A DNA stretch of 64,000 nt, taken from the NCBI RefSeq assembly GCF_009914755.1, contig NC_060925.1, one strand, 5' to 3'. Position numbers and translations under genes: made by a program. Origin of the DNA: the human T2T-CHM13v2.0 reference genome, Homo sapiens. Positions 1 through 14,570 of this stretch are shown here, piece after piece. The notes below the pieces were generated by a model. The model searched no databases. It was not told where the DNA came from and worked only from the letters and a program-made list of their open reading frames with translations. Position 1 is the stretch's first letter. Each line of letters begins with the position of its first letter.

Positions 1-3000
1 AGTAAGTAACTTGAAAAACATATTTAAGAATATAATTCAAGAATATTTCCACAATGTTGCTAGAAGTTGACACGCAGATACAAGCCGTCCAGAGAATTCC
101 TGCAAGATACTATACAAAATGACACTTTCCAAGGCACATGAGCCTTGGATTATTCTAGTTAAATGTGAAATTAAAATAGAAAATCTTACAGACAGCTAGA
201 GAAAAGACTCATACTACCAATACAGAGAATCACATCAAACAAACACCAGACATTTCAGCAGAAACCTTACAAACCAGAAGAGACTGGGGACCTAAAATAG
301 ATGGTTAAGAGAGTTCTAAATATAAAAACAAAAGAACAATACTCACCACCAAAAAAGCACATATAAGCAATACCCCACAGTCCCTATAAAGCATCTACAC
401 AACTGAGACAACATAGCAACTAGGCAGCAATATTAGGACAGAAAGAAAACCTCACACATTAATATTAATCTTGAATGTAAGCAGCCAAATGATAGAATTA
501 AAAGACATAGAGTGGAAAACTGGATTTAAAAACACGCACATCCTTCTGCTGTCTTCAGGAGACCCATCTGACATGCATAGACACATAAATCCTCAAATTA
601 AAGGCATGGAGGAAGTTCTCGCATGAAAATGGAAAACAAAAAAAGAGCAGGGTTCACTATTCTGGTATCAGATAAAACAGACTTTAAACCAACAACAGTA
701 AAAGGGATAAAGGAGGGCATGACATAATGATAAAGGGTTCAATTCAACACAAAGGTTTAACTGTTCTAAATATATACATGCCCAATATTGGAGCACTCAG
801 ATTTATCAAACAATCACTTCTAGACCTAAGAAAAGTTTTTGACAGCCACACAATAGTGGTGGAGGATGTTTGCATCCCATTGATAGCGTTAGACAGAACA
901 TCAAGGTACAAAACTAACAAATTCAGAACTTAACACAACCAATTGGACCTAATAGACATCCGTAAAATATCCCAACAACCACACAATATATATTCTTCTA
1001 ATCTGCAAATGTAACGTAATCTACCACTGACCACATGCTCTGCCATAGGGTAAGTTTCAATACATTTTTAAAAATTGAAGTCATACCAAGCATCTTCTCA
1101 GACCACAGTGGAATAAAAATGAAAATCAATAAGAGAAACTTTCAAAACCACAAAAATACATAGAAACTAAACTTCCTCCTGAATGACTTTTGAGTAAACA
1201 ACAAAATTGAGGCAGAAATGAAAAAAAAAAAAAAAAAAACCTTTGAAAGAAATGAAAACAGAGACAGAACATACCATAACCTCTGAGATGTGGCAAATGC
1301 AGTGTTAAGAGGAGAGTTTATAGCACTAAGCACCTACACCAAGGAGATAGAAAGATCTCAATTTAACAAAAAAATTAACAAAATAACCTAGCACCTGAAG
1401 GAACTAGAAAAACAAGAAAAAATTAACTACAAAGGCAGCAGAAGAAAATAAATTACCAAATAAGGGAAGAACTAAATAAAATTGAATGAAAAAAATACAA
1501 AGCGTCAACTAAACAAAAAGTACTTTCAAAGATTAGACAAGATAAATAGACTGCTAGCTAGATTAACAAAGAAAAAAGAGTGGAGAGCTATGTAAAGATG
1601 ATCAGAAATGACAAACGGGACATTACAATCAATCCCACAGAAATACAAAATATCCTCAGAGACTACTATGAACACCTTTATGCATATTATGCATACAAAC
1701 TAAAAAAATTAGAGGAAATGGATAAATTTCTGGAAACACACAAAACCTCCCATGATTAAACCAGGAAGAAACTGAAACCATGAACAGAAAATAACAAGTT
1801 ATAAAATTGAATCTATAATAAAATTCTACCAACCAAGAAAAGCCCTGGACCAGATGGAATTCACAGCCAAATTCTGCCAGTCATACACAGAAAAGCTGGT
1901 ACCAATCCTACAGGAATTATTATTATTTTTTATCAAGAAGGAGATATTCCTCTCTAACTTATTCTAAAAAGACCAGAGTCATTCTGATACAAAAACTTGG
2001 CAAAGACTCAACAAGAAAAGAATACTACAGGCCAAAATCCCTAAAGAACAAACATGCAAAAATCCTCAACAAAATGTCAGCAATCCAAATCCAGTAGCAT
2101 ATAAAAAATTAAACTCACCACAATTACCTTTACTTTATTCCTGGGGTATGAGGTTGGTTCCATATACACAAATCAATAAATGTGATTCACCACATAAACA
2201 GAACTTAAAAAGAATAATCACATGATTATCTTAATCCATGCAGAAAAAATGATACAATCCAATATCCCTTCATAATAAAAACCCTCAACAAACTAGGCAT
2301 TGGGGAAACATACCTCAAAATAATACATTTATGACAAATCCACAGCCAACATCATATTGAATGGACAAAGGTTGGCAAAATTCACCCTAAGAACTGGCAC
2401 AAGACAGGGATGTCCACTCATCACTCCTATTCAACATGGTACTGCAGCCAACATCATATTGAATGGACAGAGGTTGGCAAAATTCACTGGCACAAGACAA
2501 GGATGTCCACTCTTATTCAACATAGTACTGGAAGTCCTAGCCAGAACAATAAAGAAGGAAAAAGAAATAAAAGGCATCTAAATAAGAAAAGAAGAAGCTA
2601 AACCATATCTCTTCACTGACAGTATGATTCTATAGATTGAAAACCCTAAAGATTTAGTCAAAAAATTCCTAGACCTGATAAATGACTTCAATAAAGTTTG
2701 TGGACACAAATCAATGTGCAAAAATCAGTAGCATTTCTATACACCAGTAATGTCTAAGCTGAGAGCCAAGTTAAGAACACACCATTTGCAATAGCCACAA
2801 AAAAAGAAAATACCCACAAATATATCCAGTCAAGAAAATGAAAGGTTTCTACAAACACAACTACAAATCACTACTGAATAAAACATAGATGACACAAACA
2901 AATGGAAAAACATCCCATGCTCATGGATTAGAAAAATAAATATTATTTAAATGTTCATACTGCCCAAAGAAATGTACGGATTTCATGCGAATCCTATCAA

Positions 3001-4255
3001 ATTACTACCATCATTTTTCACAGAATTAGAAAAAATGATTGTGAAGTTCGACCAAAAAGACCCCAAATAACCACAACAATCCTAAGTAAAAAGAACAAAG
3101 CTGGAGGCATCACATTACCCAACTTCAGACTATACTACAAAGCTACTGTAAACAAAAATGTTACTGGTGCAAAAATAGACATTCAGACCAATGGAACAAA
3201 ATAAAGAACCCAGAAATAAGACCACACACTCACAACTGATTATTGAAAAAGTTGATGGTAAACAATGGGGAAAAGACACTCTATTTAACAGATTCTGCTG
3301 AGAAAGCTGGCAAACTGTGTGCAGAATAAAGAAACTGAGCCCCTACCTCTCACCTTATACAAAAAATAACTCATGACGAGTTAAAGATTTAAATGCAAGA
3401 CTTCAAACTACAACAATCCTATAAGAAAACTTAGGGAATACTTTTTTTTGACATTGCCCTATGCAGAGAATTTATAACTAAGTCCTCAATAGCAAATGCA
3501 ACAAAAGCAAAAATTGACAATTGGGAACTAATTAAACTGGAGAGATTCTACACTGTAAAAGAAACCATCAACAGAGTAAACAGACAACGTACAGAATGGG
3601 AAAAAATATTCACAAACAGTGCACCCAACAAAGGACTAGTATTCAGAATATATAAGGAACCTAAACAAATCAACAAGCAAAAACAAAATGGGCAAGGGAC
3701 ATGAAGACACTTCTCAAGACATACAAGTAGGCAATAAACATACTAAATAATGCTCAACATCACTAATCATCAGAGATATGTAAATAAAAACCACAGTGAG
3801 ATATCATCTCATGCCAGCCCAAATGGCTATTATCAGAAAGTGAAAAAGCAAAAAAATTTGGTGAGATTGCCTAGAAAAGGGAATGCTTATACACTCTTAG
3901 TGGGAATGTAAAGTAGTTCAGCCCTTGTGGAGAGCAATTGGAGATTTCTTAAAGAAGTAAAATTAGAATTACCATTCAACTCTACAATTCCATTACTGGG
4001 TATATACTTGAAGGAAAATAAATCATTCCACAAAATGTCACCTGCACTCATATGTTTATTGCAACACTATTCACAATAGCAAAGACATCAAATCAACCTA
4101 GGTGCTGGTAGATTGGATAAAGAAAATATGCAATATATATACCATGGAACACTATGCAGCCATAAAAAAGAAAAAATAGCATCCTTTGCACCAACATAGA
4201 TGCAGTGGAGGCCACTATCCAAAGTGAATTAATGCACCAACAGAAAACCAAATAA
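1..4255 (+). mobile_element. LINE-1, L1PA15/16-like; ORF1 3' part (internally deleted ~290) plus decayed ORF2; runs off the window start, no 3'UTR/polyA
   Basis: ORF2 remnants (IKGSIQ..LTVLNIYMPNIGALRFIKQ; [22 protein letters not shown]); ORF2 start region ~437; 3' region AATCAACCTAGGTGC and GTGAATTAATGCACCAACAGAAAACCAAATA resembles L1PA16; many frameshifts. Confidence 0.9.
2343..2530 (+). repeat. Tandem duplication (102 bp + 86 bp) within L1 ORF2
   Basis: CAGCCAACATCATATTGAATGGACA... at 2343 and 2445; the second copy lacks a 9-bp and a 7-bp segment. Confidence 0.95.
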
Positions 4256-4329
4256 GCTCAGATATATAAAACTATTATTAGCCTTGCTGTAAAATCTGCT
4301 TCTTTATTATTCCAAGTTACTTCTCGGGT

Positions 4330-4548
4330 CTAAATGTTTTTTGTTGTGACTTGTACAACTAGATTGTGAGCTCATCAAAAATAATATTTTATTGTGTATT
4401 ATATCTTCAGTGCCTAAGTCAGGTCCTGCTGTAAAACACACATTTGTGCACACATGCATGAACATGCACACACACACAAATACAAAGTTTCTGGAAGTTA
4501 GGCTGCATAACAGCTATTCAATAAACTTGTTTTTGATAAATGAGTAAA
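4330..4548 (+). mobile_element. L2 3' end relic
   Basis: ACTAGATTGTGAGCTC...CAGTGCCTAAG...CAATAAACTTGTT..ATAAATGAGTAAAT resembles the L2 3' terminus. Confidence 0.55.
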
Positions 4549-7500
4549 TTTGAAAAAAACTCTATGACTTAAGTTATCTTTACATATAATCACTTTGCAT
4601 TTTTAGTGCTAAGCTAAATACAAAAAAATTCTTATAAAAACAACAGTTTTGTATATATATATTTCTTCTGTTCGTGACTGATTTTTTGCAAAATTTTATA
4701 CAACTTTGTCCTTTTATGATTATTTATGAAAGTTTAATACAGCTATAGTTATCCTCACAACTTTTTAAAAGATTCAGAGTATTATTTTTTATCTGACCAA
4801 GATTTTACAAATTTAAGAACAATCTATTGTAGTGTCCAAGATTCTATTATTATTTTTATTATCATTATTTTTATTTACTATTGAGTTAGAGATGCAATGA
4901 ATGAAATACCAGTCTGAGTCCAGAAAATGTTTCTGGTTTCTGGACTTATGAAGATAATATTCTGGTGTTCTTATTATTTTGCCTATTGTTATTTTCTGAT
5001 AGAGAAGTATTTTTATACAACAATTTTAAAAATTGTAGTTATATTTTATATAAAAAATCATAAATATGAGAAACAGAAATAGCTGTTATTGAAAGAAAAT
5101 ATTGAAAATACAAACTTTATAATGAGCTAAAATTGATATTGCTTTTTTAATTTTATGTGATAACAAGTTATTTCACTTTTTTTGTTTTTGTTTTTTGATG
5201 GTGATATAAATAGCTAACTAAGTATTCTGATTAACGCAAATGAACGCAGCATTTACAAATATAATACAATGAAAACTAAAATGATGAAAGAAGCGGTATC
5301 TCAACTTTTATACTAAAGTTAATAACTGGTATGTGTAACTTCCAATAATGTATTTTTCAGTTATTGTAGAATCATTTATATGTTTATGCTTAATCCAGCT
5401 TTACGGCTAAATATAGGTAAAAACAATATTTTCTGTAGACAGAAAATAAGTTAAGCATGTCATAACTGCTGTGATACTGCTTCTATTACTTTTAAATTCT
5501 ATCAAATATTTATTTCATTTTTATTTGCCTCTTATTTAAAATTATTCTTTTTTGTGCTTTAAAATGTGATATAGGTTGTATATTAAGAATAAATAATTTA
5601 CATTATACATATAATATATATTCAAAATGATTTCCAAACCAGAGAATAGATATTTACACGGAGACATATGTCAGACCAAATAGGAGACTTTGAATGGGTG
5701 AAATTAAGTTAGGCACAATGGTGAATTAGCATTCTTATCTTAATAATCAGACATACTACACCATGATGCAAAGCTGACAAAATGTCAGCAGGCATTTAAA
5801 AAGAAGTAGTTAAGTGGGTTTTGAGAATATCAATCATTATTCAGACAGAGGTACAACTCTAGATCAAATATAAGGAGCAAGATCAAAGGTAAATTTAGAA
5901 GGTGGAGAGGGTGGCCAAATAGAACCCTCCAACAAGGACTATAAATTGAACAATTATCCATATAAGAAAGCACCTACATGAGAAACAAACAAACAAAAAA
6001 ATCAAATGACTGGTTGCAGTACCTGGTTTTAACATATTAACAAGAAAAGGGGCATTGAGGAGGGTAGGAAAGACAGTGTTGCATTGCCTATACCACCCTT
6101 CCCCAATCTCAGGCAGCAGAGCGCAGAAAGAGAATCTGTATGCCTGGGAGAGGGAGAGCAAAGTGAGTATGGTATATTGCTTTGGAACTCAGTGCTGATT
6201 TGTTACACTGAAATACAACACAAGGAAGAATTCTGCCAGTGCCCATGGAAGAATTTAGATCAGCCCTGGGTAAAATGGAAATCTTCTGTCCTAAGTGGGA
6301 GGAAACCAAGTCCTGGTTGGCTTCACTACCAGCTGAATAAAGTGGCCTGGATCCCCACGTAAATTTGATTGGCAGTCAGGCCACAATGACTGCAGTCCTA
6401 GGGCAAGCCCTGTTTTGTCACTGGCCCTAGATACAGTGGACTTGGGGTGCAACTCAGTGTGACACTGGCTGTGGCAACCATGGGAGTGCCTGCATTGACT
6501 CTGCCCCAACTCCAAGCAGCAAAGCTCAGGGAGAGACATTTTTTGCTCAGGGGAAGGAAAGGAAAGAGCAAAGACTTTGTCTTATAACTTGGGTACCAGC
6601 TCAGGCACAGTGAAATAAAGGACCTGGAAGATTCCTGAGTTCCCAAATTCCAGGCTTTTGCTCATTGATGACATTTTTAGACACACTCCAGGCCAGAAGG
6701 GAATCTACTACCCTTGGGGGCTGGACCTAAGTCCTAGCAAGATTCAGTATCTGCTGACTAAAGTGGCCTTGGGGCTTGAATTAGCAGCAGCCAAGCAGTA
6801 GTGGCCATGGGTCTTTAGTGAGCCCCAGTACTGTACTGGTCCGGGAGACTATAAGCTTCAGGTGCAACCTAGCATGTTGCCAGCTATAGTAGCCATGGAA
6901 GTGAAAGAATCACCCCTCTGCCAACTCCAAACAGCCTAGCACAAAGGCAGACTCATCTATGTCTGGGAAAGTGAGAGAAGAGAGCAGAAGACTTCACCTG
7001 GGAACTTAGGGAATCTTTTCTTACCACTGAGGCTGTGTTTCTAGGAGTTCACAAGCATTGTAGTGTTCTCAAGCTTCAGATATCTCTTAGTATTACAACA
7101 GCTGCAAAGATCAGAGTTAGGTAAGAGCATTCAGTCCCCTTTGGATTCTTGAAAAGTTCTCTCAAGAAGGACAGGTAAAAACAAAACCAGACTGCAAAGA
7201 TTAAAATAAATAACAAACTCTTCAATGCCCAGACATCAAAAAACATCCACAAGAATAAAGAGTATTCAGGAAAACATGATCTCAGCAAATGGACTAAATA
7301 AGGCAGCAGTGACCATTCCAGGAGTAATGGAGACGTGTGACCTCTCAGACAAGGAATTCAAAGTAATTTTTTGTCTTGAGAAAGCTCAATGAACTGCAAG
7401 ATAATACAGAAAAGGAATTTAAAATTCTATCAGCTAAATTTAACAAAGAAATTGAAATAATAAAAATATATCAAACAGAAATTTAGGGGCTTAAAAATTC

Positions 7501-8485
7501 AATTGGCAAATTGAAAATGGAACAAAGTCAACAGCAGAATTGATCAAGTAGAAGAAAAAAATTAGTGAACTCGAAGGCAGGCTATATGAAAATACACAGG
7601 CAGAAGAGAAAAAAGAAGAAAAGGGTAAAAAAGAATGAAGAACACCTACAAAATCTAGAAAATAGCCTCAAAAGGGAAAAAACAAGAGTTACTGGCCTTA
7701 AAGAGGATGTAGAAAAAGAGATTGGTGTAGAAAGTTTACTCAGAAAAATGATAACAGAGAACATCTGAAACATAGCAAGAAAGATATGATTATCCAGATG
7801 GAAAAATGTCAAAGTACAACAAGCAGACTCAACCAAAGTAAGACTACTTCAAGACATGTAATAATCAAACTCTCTAAGTTAAAGGACAAAGAAAGGATAC
7901 TAGAAGCAGCAAGGTAAAAAGAAATAAATAACATATAAAGGAGCTTGATGTGTATGGCAACAGAGTTCTCAGCGGAAACCCTATAGTGTAGGAGGGAATG
8001 TGATGAAATTTTTAAAGTACTAAAGAAAAAAATGCAATCTAAAATTTTGTATCTAGCAAAGTTATTCTTCAAATATGAAGAAGAAATAAAGATTTCCCAA
8101 GACAAAAACTAAAAGAAAAAAGAAAAAACTGAGAAATTCCATCAATATCAGACCTGTCTTACCAGAAATATTAAAAGGAGATCCTCAATTCAAAATAAGA
8201 CAGTAACAAGCAAAAAGAAATTATCTCAATAAGACCCACTGGCAAAAGTAAGTACACATTCAAATATGGAATATTCTAACATTGTAACTGTGGTGGTAAA
8301 CCACATATAATATTTTTGGTATGAAGACGTAAAAACAAACCTAGCAAAAATAATAATTACAACAATTTGTTGAGATATACACAATATAAAAAATATAAAT
8401 AGACACAATAAAATATGAAAAAGACCCAACTATATGATGCCTTACAAGAAACTTACTTCACCTAAAAAGATACACACTGACTTAA

Positions 8486-8904
<419 letters not shown>

Positions 8905-11900
8905 TCAGATAAACTACATTTAAAAACTATTTAAAAATACAAAGAAGTTCATTATGTAATGATAAATGAGTCAATTCAGCAAGAAGATATAACAGTAGTC
9001 TATTTATATATACAATAGTGCAGCACTAACATATATAAAGCAAAAAGCAAATATTATTAGAGGTAATGGAGGAGAAAGAGAGAGAGACCAGTACAGTAAC
9101 ACTTGGGAATTTCAACTCCTCACATTTGGCATTAGACAGATCATCTAGTCCCAAAATATAAAAAGAAACATATGGCTTAATCTACATATAGACTGAATGG
9201 ACTTAATAGACATTGATAGAACATTTCATTCAACAGCTATGGAACACACATTGTTTTCTTTAGCTCATGGAACATTCTCAAGGAGACACCATATGTTAGA
9301 ACACAAAATGAGTCTCAAAAATTTTTTAAAAAATTAAAATTATATCAAGTATCTTTTCTCACCACATGGAATAAAACTAGAAATGAATACCAAAAAACGT
9401 TAGGAAAATATACAAATACATATAATTTAAAAATATACTCTTGCACTACCACTGGGTCAATGATGAAATTAAGAAGCTTCCTGAAACAAATACAAATAAA
9501 AACACAACATACCAAAACCTATGTAATACAGCAAAAACAGTACTAACAGGGAAGTGTAGAGCAATATATGACTAAATCAATAAAGTATAAAAACTTCAAA
9601 TAACCTAATGATGCATACTAAAGAAATAGAAAAGCAAGAGCTAACCAAACCCCACATTAGCAGAAGACAAAAATTAGAGAAGAAATAAATGAAATTGAAA
9701 CAAAAATATTAAAGTCAACACAATGAAAAATTAGGTTTTTGAAAAAAACCAAATTGACAAATTTTAGCCAGATGAATGAAGTAAAAAACCTCAAATAAAT
9801 GAAATTAGAGATGAAATATTAGACATTACAGCTGGTACTGCAGAAATTTAAAAAATCAAAGCGACTATTATGAGCAACTGTATGCCAACCAATTTGAAAG
9901 CTTTGAAGGAACAAGTTAATTCCTAGACACATACAGCCTACTAATATTGAACCATGAAGAAATACAAAACCTGAATACACCAATAACAAGTATAGAGATA
10001 GAAGCAGTAATAAAATAGTCTCCCATCGAAGGAAAGCTCAGGATCTCAGGCCTTCATTCTGAATTCTACCAAACATTTACAGAAGAACTAATACCAATTC
10101 TACTCAAACTACTCTAAAAAAAATGAGGAGAAACTACTTTCAAACTAATTCTACAAAGGTCAGTATTACTCTAATACTGAAACTAGAGAAAGACACACCA
10201 ACAAAACCACCACCACCAACAGGCCAATATCTCTGACAAACATAAATGCAAAAATCCTCAACTAAATACTTGCAAACTGAATTCAACCCTACATTAAAAA
10301 GATAGTGTCTTATGATCAAGTGGGATTCATGCCAAGAGTGTAAGGTATATAGAACATACAGAAATCAACATCAAATCAACATATAGAAATCAATAAACAT
10401 AATACATCCCATGAACAGAATGAAGGACAGGAATGATAGGGTCATTTTAACAAATGCTGAAAAAGCGTTTCTTAAAATTCAACATCTCTTCCTGATAAAA
10501 ACTCAACAAACTGGGTTAAAGAAACATACCTCAGCACATTAAAGGTCATTACAACAACCCCACAGATAATATTATACTGAACAGGAAAAAAAAAACTGAA
10601 AGCCTTTTCTCAAGATCTAGGACAAGACAATTCAATTTAGTGATTGAATGGGAGGAAAAGGCAGATTAGAAATGTGCAGTTGTGTACTTTAGCCAATGTT
10701 ATACAACATGGTACTGGAAGTCCTAGACAGAGCAATTAGAAAACATAAAGAAAGCACATTCAGGTTGAAAATTAGGAAGTCAAATTATCCTTGTTTGTAT
10801 GTGATATGATCTTATATTTAGAAAATTGTAAAGACTTAAAAAATTTAGAACTAACAAATTCAGTAAAGTTTCAGGATACAAAATCAACATGCAAAAACCA
10901 GTAGCATTTCTAAATGCCAACAGTGAACAATCTGAAAAAGAAATCAAGAAAGTAACCCCATTTACAATACATAAAAATAAAACTAAATATCTAGGGATAA
11001 ACTTTAACAAAAAGTAAAATATCTCTACAATGATAACTATATAACATTTATGCAAGAAATTGAAAACGACACAAAAAATGGAAAGATATTCCATGTTCAT
11101 GGACTGGAAGAATCACTGTTGTTAAAATGTTCACATTACCCAAATCAATCTAGAGATTTAATGCAATTGCTGCCAAAATACCAAAGACATTCTTCACAGA
11201 CATAGAAAAACAATCCTAAAATTTGTATCAAACCACAAACGACCTATAACAGCCAAAGCAATCCTGAGCACAAAAGAGCAAAGCTGGAGGCCTTACAATA
11301 CCTGACTTCAAGTTACAAAGCAACAGTAACCAAAATAGCATGGTAGTGGCATAAAAACAGATACATAGACCAATGAAAAAGATTCAAGAATCCAGAAATA
11401 AATCAATGAATTTCCAGTCAACTCATTTTTAACAAAGTAACCAAGAACATACATTAGAGAAAGGAAAATCTCTTCAATAAATGTTGCTAGGAAACTGGAT
11501 ATTCATATGCAGAAGAATGAAAGTAAGTCCCTACCTCTTACCTTATACAAAAATCAAAACAAAATGGCTTAAACACTTCAATGGAAGACCTGAAAATATG
11601 AAACTACTGGAAAAAAACGTTGAGGAAACACTCCAGGACATTGGGCTGGGCAAAGATTTCTTGAATAAGACCTCGAAAGCACAGATAATCACAGCAAAAA
11701 TTGACAAAAGGGTAACATCAAGCTAAAAAACTTCTGCAGAGCAAAGGAAAAAGTCAACAAAGTTAAGAACCCACGTACATAACAGGAAAATATTTGCAAA
11801 CTACCTATCTAGCAAGGGGTTAATAAACAAAATATCTAAGGATCTCTAACAACTCAATAGCAAAAAAAAAAAAACCAAATAATTCAATTTAAAAGATGGG

Positions 11901-12339
11901 CAAAAGTTCTGAATAGACATTTCTCAAAAGAAGATATACAAATGGCCAACAGATATAGGATAAAATGCTCAGCATCATTAATCTGTGGCTTTAATCAAAA
12001 AAGCAAAGAAAAAAGGCAATAACTGATGCTGTGGAGAATGTGGAGAAAGGAAACCTCCCGCACACTGCTGGTGGGAATGTAACTGAGTGAAGACACTATG
12101 GTGATCAGTATGGAGGTTCCACAAAAAACTAAAAATAGAGCTATGATATGATCCAGAAATTTTACTACTGGGTATATATCCAAGTAAAGGAATCATTGTG
12201 TCAAAGAGGTATCTGCACTGTCATGTTTCTTGCAGCACTATCAACAATAGCCAAGATATGGAATCACCCCAAGTGTCCATCAGCATATACATGGGTTAAA
12301 AGAGTAGTATAAATCTACAATGGAATATTATTCAGGCAT

Positions 12340-12465
12340 TGAATTGAATCAAGTTTTCTAAGGGCTCTCCACCCACGCGGAACTGTGAATCAGTTAAACC
12401 TCTTTCTTTATAAATTACCCAGTTTGGGGCATTTCTTCATAGCAGCATGAGAACTGACTAATACA
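12340..12465 (+). mobile_element. THE1(C/D)-like MaLR solo LTR, internally deleted to 126 bp
   Basis: GGAACTGTGAATCAGTTAAACCTCTTTCTTTATAAATTACCCAG...GACTAATACA; TG...CA ends; 5-bp TSD GGCAT/GCCAT. Confidence 0.85.
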
Positions 12466-13399
12466 GCCATATAAAAGAATGGAATCCTATCATTTGTAAC
12501 AATATGATAGAACTTGGAGACATTATATTAAGTGAAATTAGCCAGGCACAGAAAGACAAATATCGCCTGCCCTCACTCATATGTGGGACCTAAACAATTT
12601 TGATCTCATGGAGATAGTAGAATAATAGTTACCAGAGGATGGGAAGGGTACTGGGGAGGGAGAGATACAAAGAGGTAAATGGGTACAAAAGTACAGTTAA
12701 ATAGGAGTAAGATTCAGTGTTCGGTACCACAATATGGCAACTACAGCTAACAATAATTTATCGTTTATTTCAAAGTAACTAGAAGAATGGAATTAAATGT
12801 TTCCAAAACAAAGAAATGATAAATGTTTGAGGTGATAGATATCCCATTACCCTAATTTAATCATTACTCATGGTATGCTTCTATCAAAATTTCAGATGTA
12901 TTTCATAATTGTCTACAACTATTATGTATTCATAAAAATTAAATGTAAAAAAAGTAGGGAACCAGTTCAATGTGAACTCCTCAAACACCCCAGACTGGGA
13001 TAGATATTGTTTTGCAGTGTAATTATTAGCCTGAGGTAGTATGCAATTCTCTTTATAGGTGGCTTTATAGGTGAGGCGATTCTTTTTATACGTGGCTTTT
13101 AAAGAACTGGCAAAAAAAAAAAAAAAGGCATATATGAGTAAAGTTGCACCCTCGGTAAGCTTAATTTTTTTGGATCAACCTGTTAGGAAAATAGAAGTAC
13201 ATCATTACCATAAATAGATGTGACACTCATAATTTGAAAAAAAAAAACTGTTGCTGTATATTTATTTGGGGATATTTCTACACTTTTTCTACTGGTTCCT
13301 TTTTTGTGTTTTTTCTTCTCCAGAAAATAAAGAAGTAATGTTTAATTATCTGAATGAATTTTAGCAGTATTACATATATTTCAAAATATTAACCTGCCA

Positions 13400-13860
13400 T
13401 TTCTATTTGTTTTATATGATTTTATTTGTTTAGGGATAATTCATATTTTGATTATATTGTTTATATGCCTGAACACTTAGTGACTTTTTATTTATTCATT
13501 TAAAAAATCCTCAGACGAGTTATCTGTTTTTGATTTGGTTCCTCTACTTGTTTATTCATGGGCATTTTATAATTTTTCTAATCATATTAAATGGAATCTT
13601 GTCTTCTAATATGTGTTCGAAATTGTTCTTTAAACAGAGAAATGCTACTTATGTTCTATATTTAGTAGCCAGAAAGTTTAATAAATTTTTATTTTCGGTG
13701 TCTAACAACTAATGATATATCAATGATAACTTGTACAATATTTTTAAAATTAAAATCCTCAATTATATCTACTCTTTAACTTCACTTTCTGCTAGTTACA
13801 TAACAATGTCAAAAATAATGGTAACATGGACATAGTATTGCAAGAAACTTGATTTAGGTA
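13400..13860 (-). mobile_element. Very old L1 (L1ME-like) ORF2 relic
   Basis: AGAAATGCTACTTATGTTCTATATTT... resembles antisense L1 ORF2; boundaries approximate. Confidence 0.45.
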
Positions 13861-14344
13861 TTAGGGCTAGATTAGCTTCAACTAGAATCCTCAGGAAATA
13901 TCTATTCCTTTGCTATAACTGTCTTGGTACATGTTTTACTTATTTCTGATTCATTTTCTCTTTTGAGCTCTGCTCTCTTAAATCCCTATATATTAGCTCA
14001 CAGCAATTACAACTTCTCCACCTTCTTTTTCTGTTTTTCCTGCCTATGGTGAGTTTTAGGGAGGGTCTAACTTTATTGCTTCTTTGGGTTACCACTTTAC
14101 CCTTTTGTGTGATCTCGCTCCATATTTGGTAATAAGATTCTGTACAAAGTAAGATCCATTCATTCGTACAATCTGTTTCTAGAAATAATTTCTGCCATGA
14201 TTACCTTTCTCCTTTTTTCAGTACCGCTGAATTTGCTTAACATGTTGGAGAGAGCCTTGAAATTTTTTTTCTATCATTCCAGTTTGTACTTCACGGTCAT
14301 CTAACAAACTCTATTCTCACTTTCCGCTGAGCAAGGCTAATGTT

Positions 14345-14570
14345 ACCCTTCTCTCTATCTATGTGTGTATATATATAAATATATAATATATACATTTATA
14401 CATATATAATACATTTATATGTGTAAATATATAATATATATTTAATTGCCAGAAAGTTTAATAAATTAACTTTTATTTCTTATATTATTTTAAAATAACA
14501 TAAATACATATATATGTATATAGGAGGGTACATATATATATGTATTCATTTTATATATGTGCGTTTTTTT
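14345..14570. repeat. TA-rich low-complexity tract
   Basis: Degenerate (TA)n runs. Confidence 0.85.
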
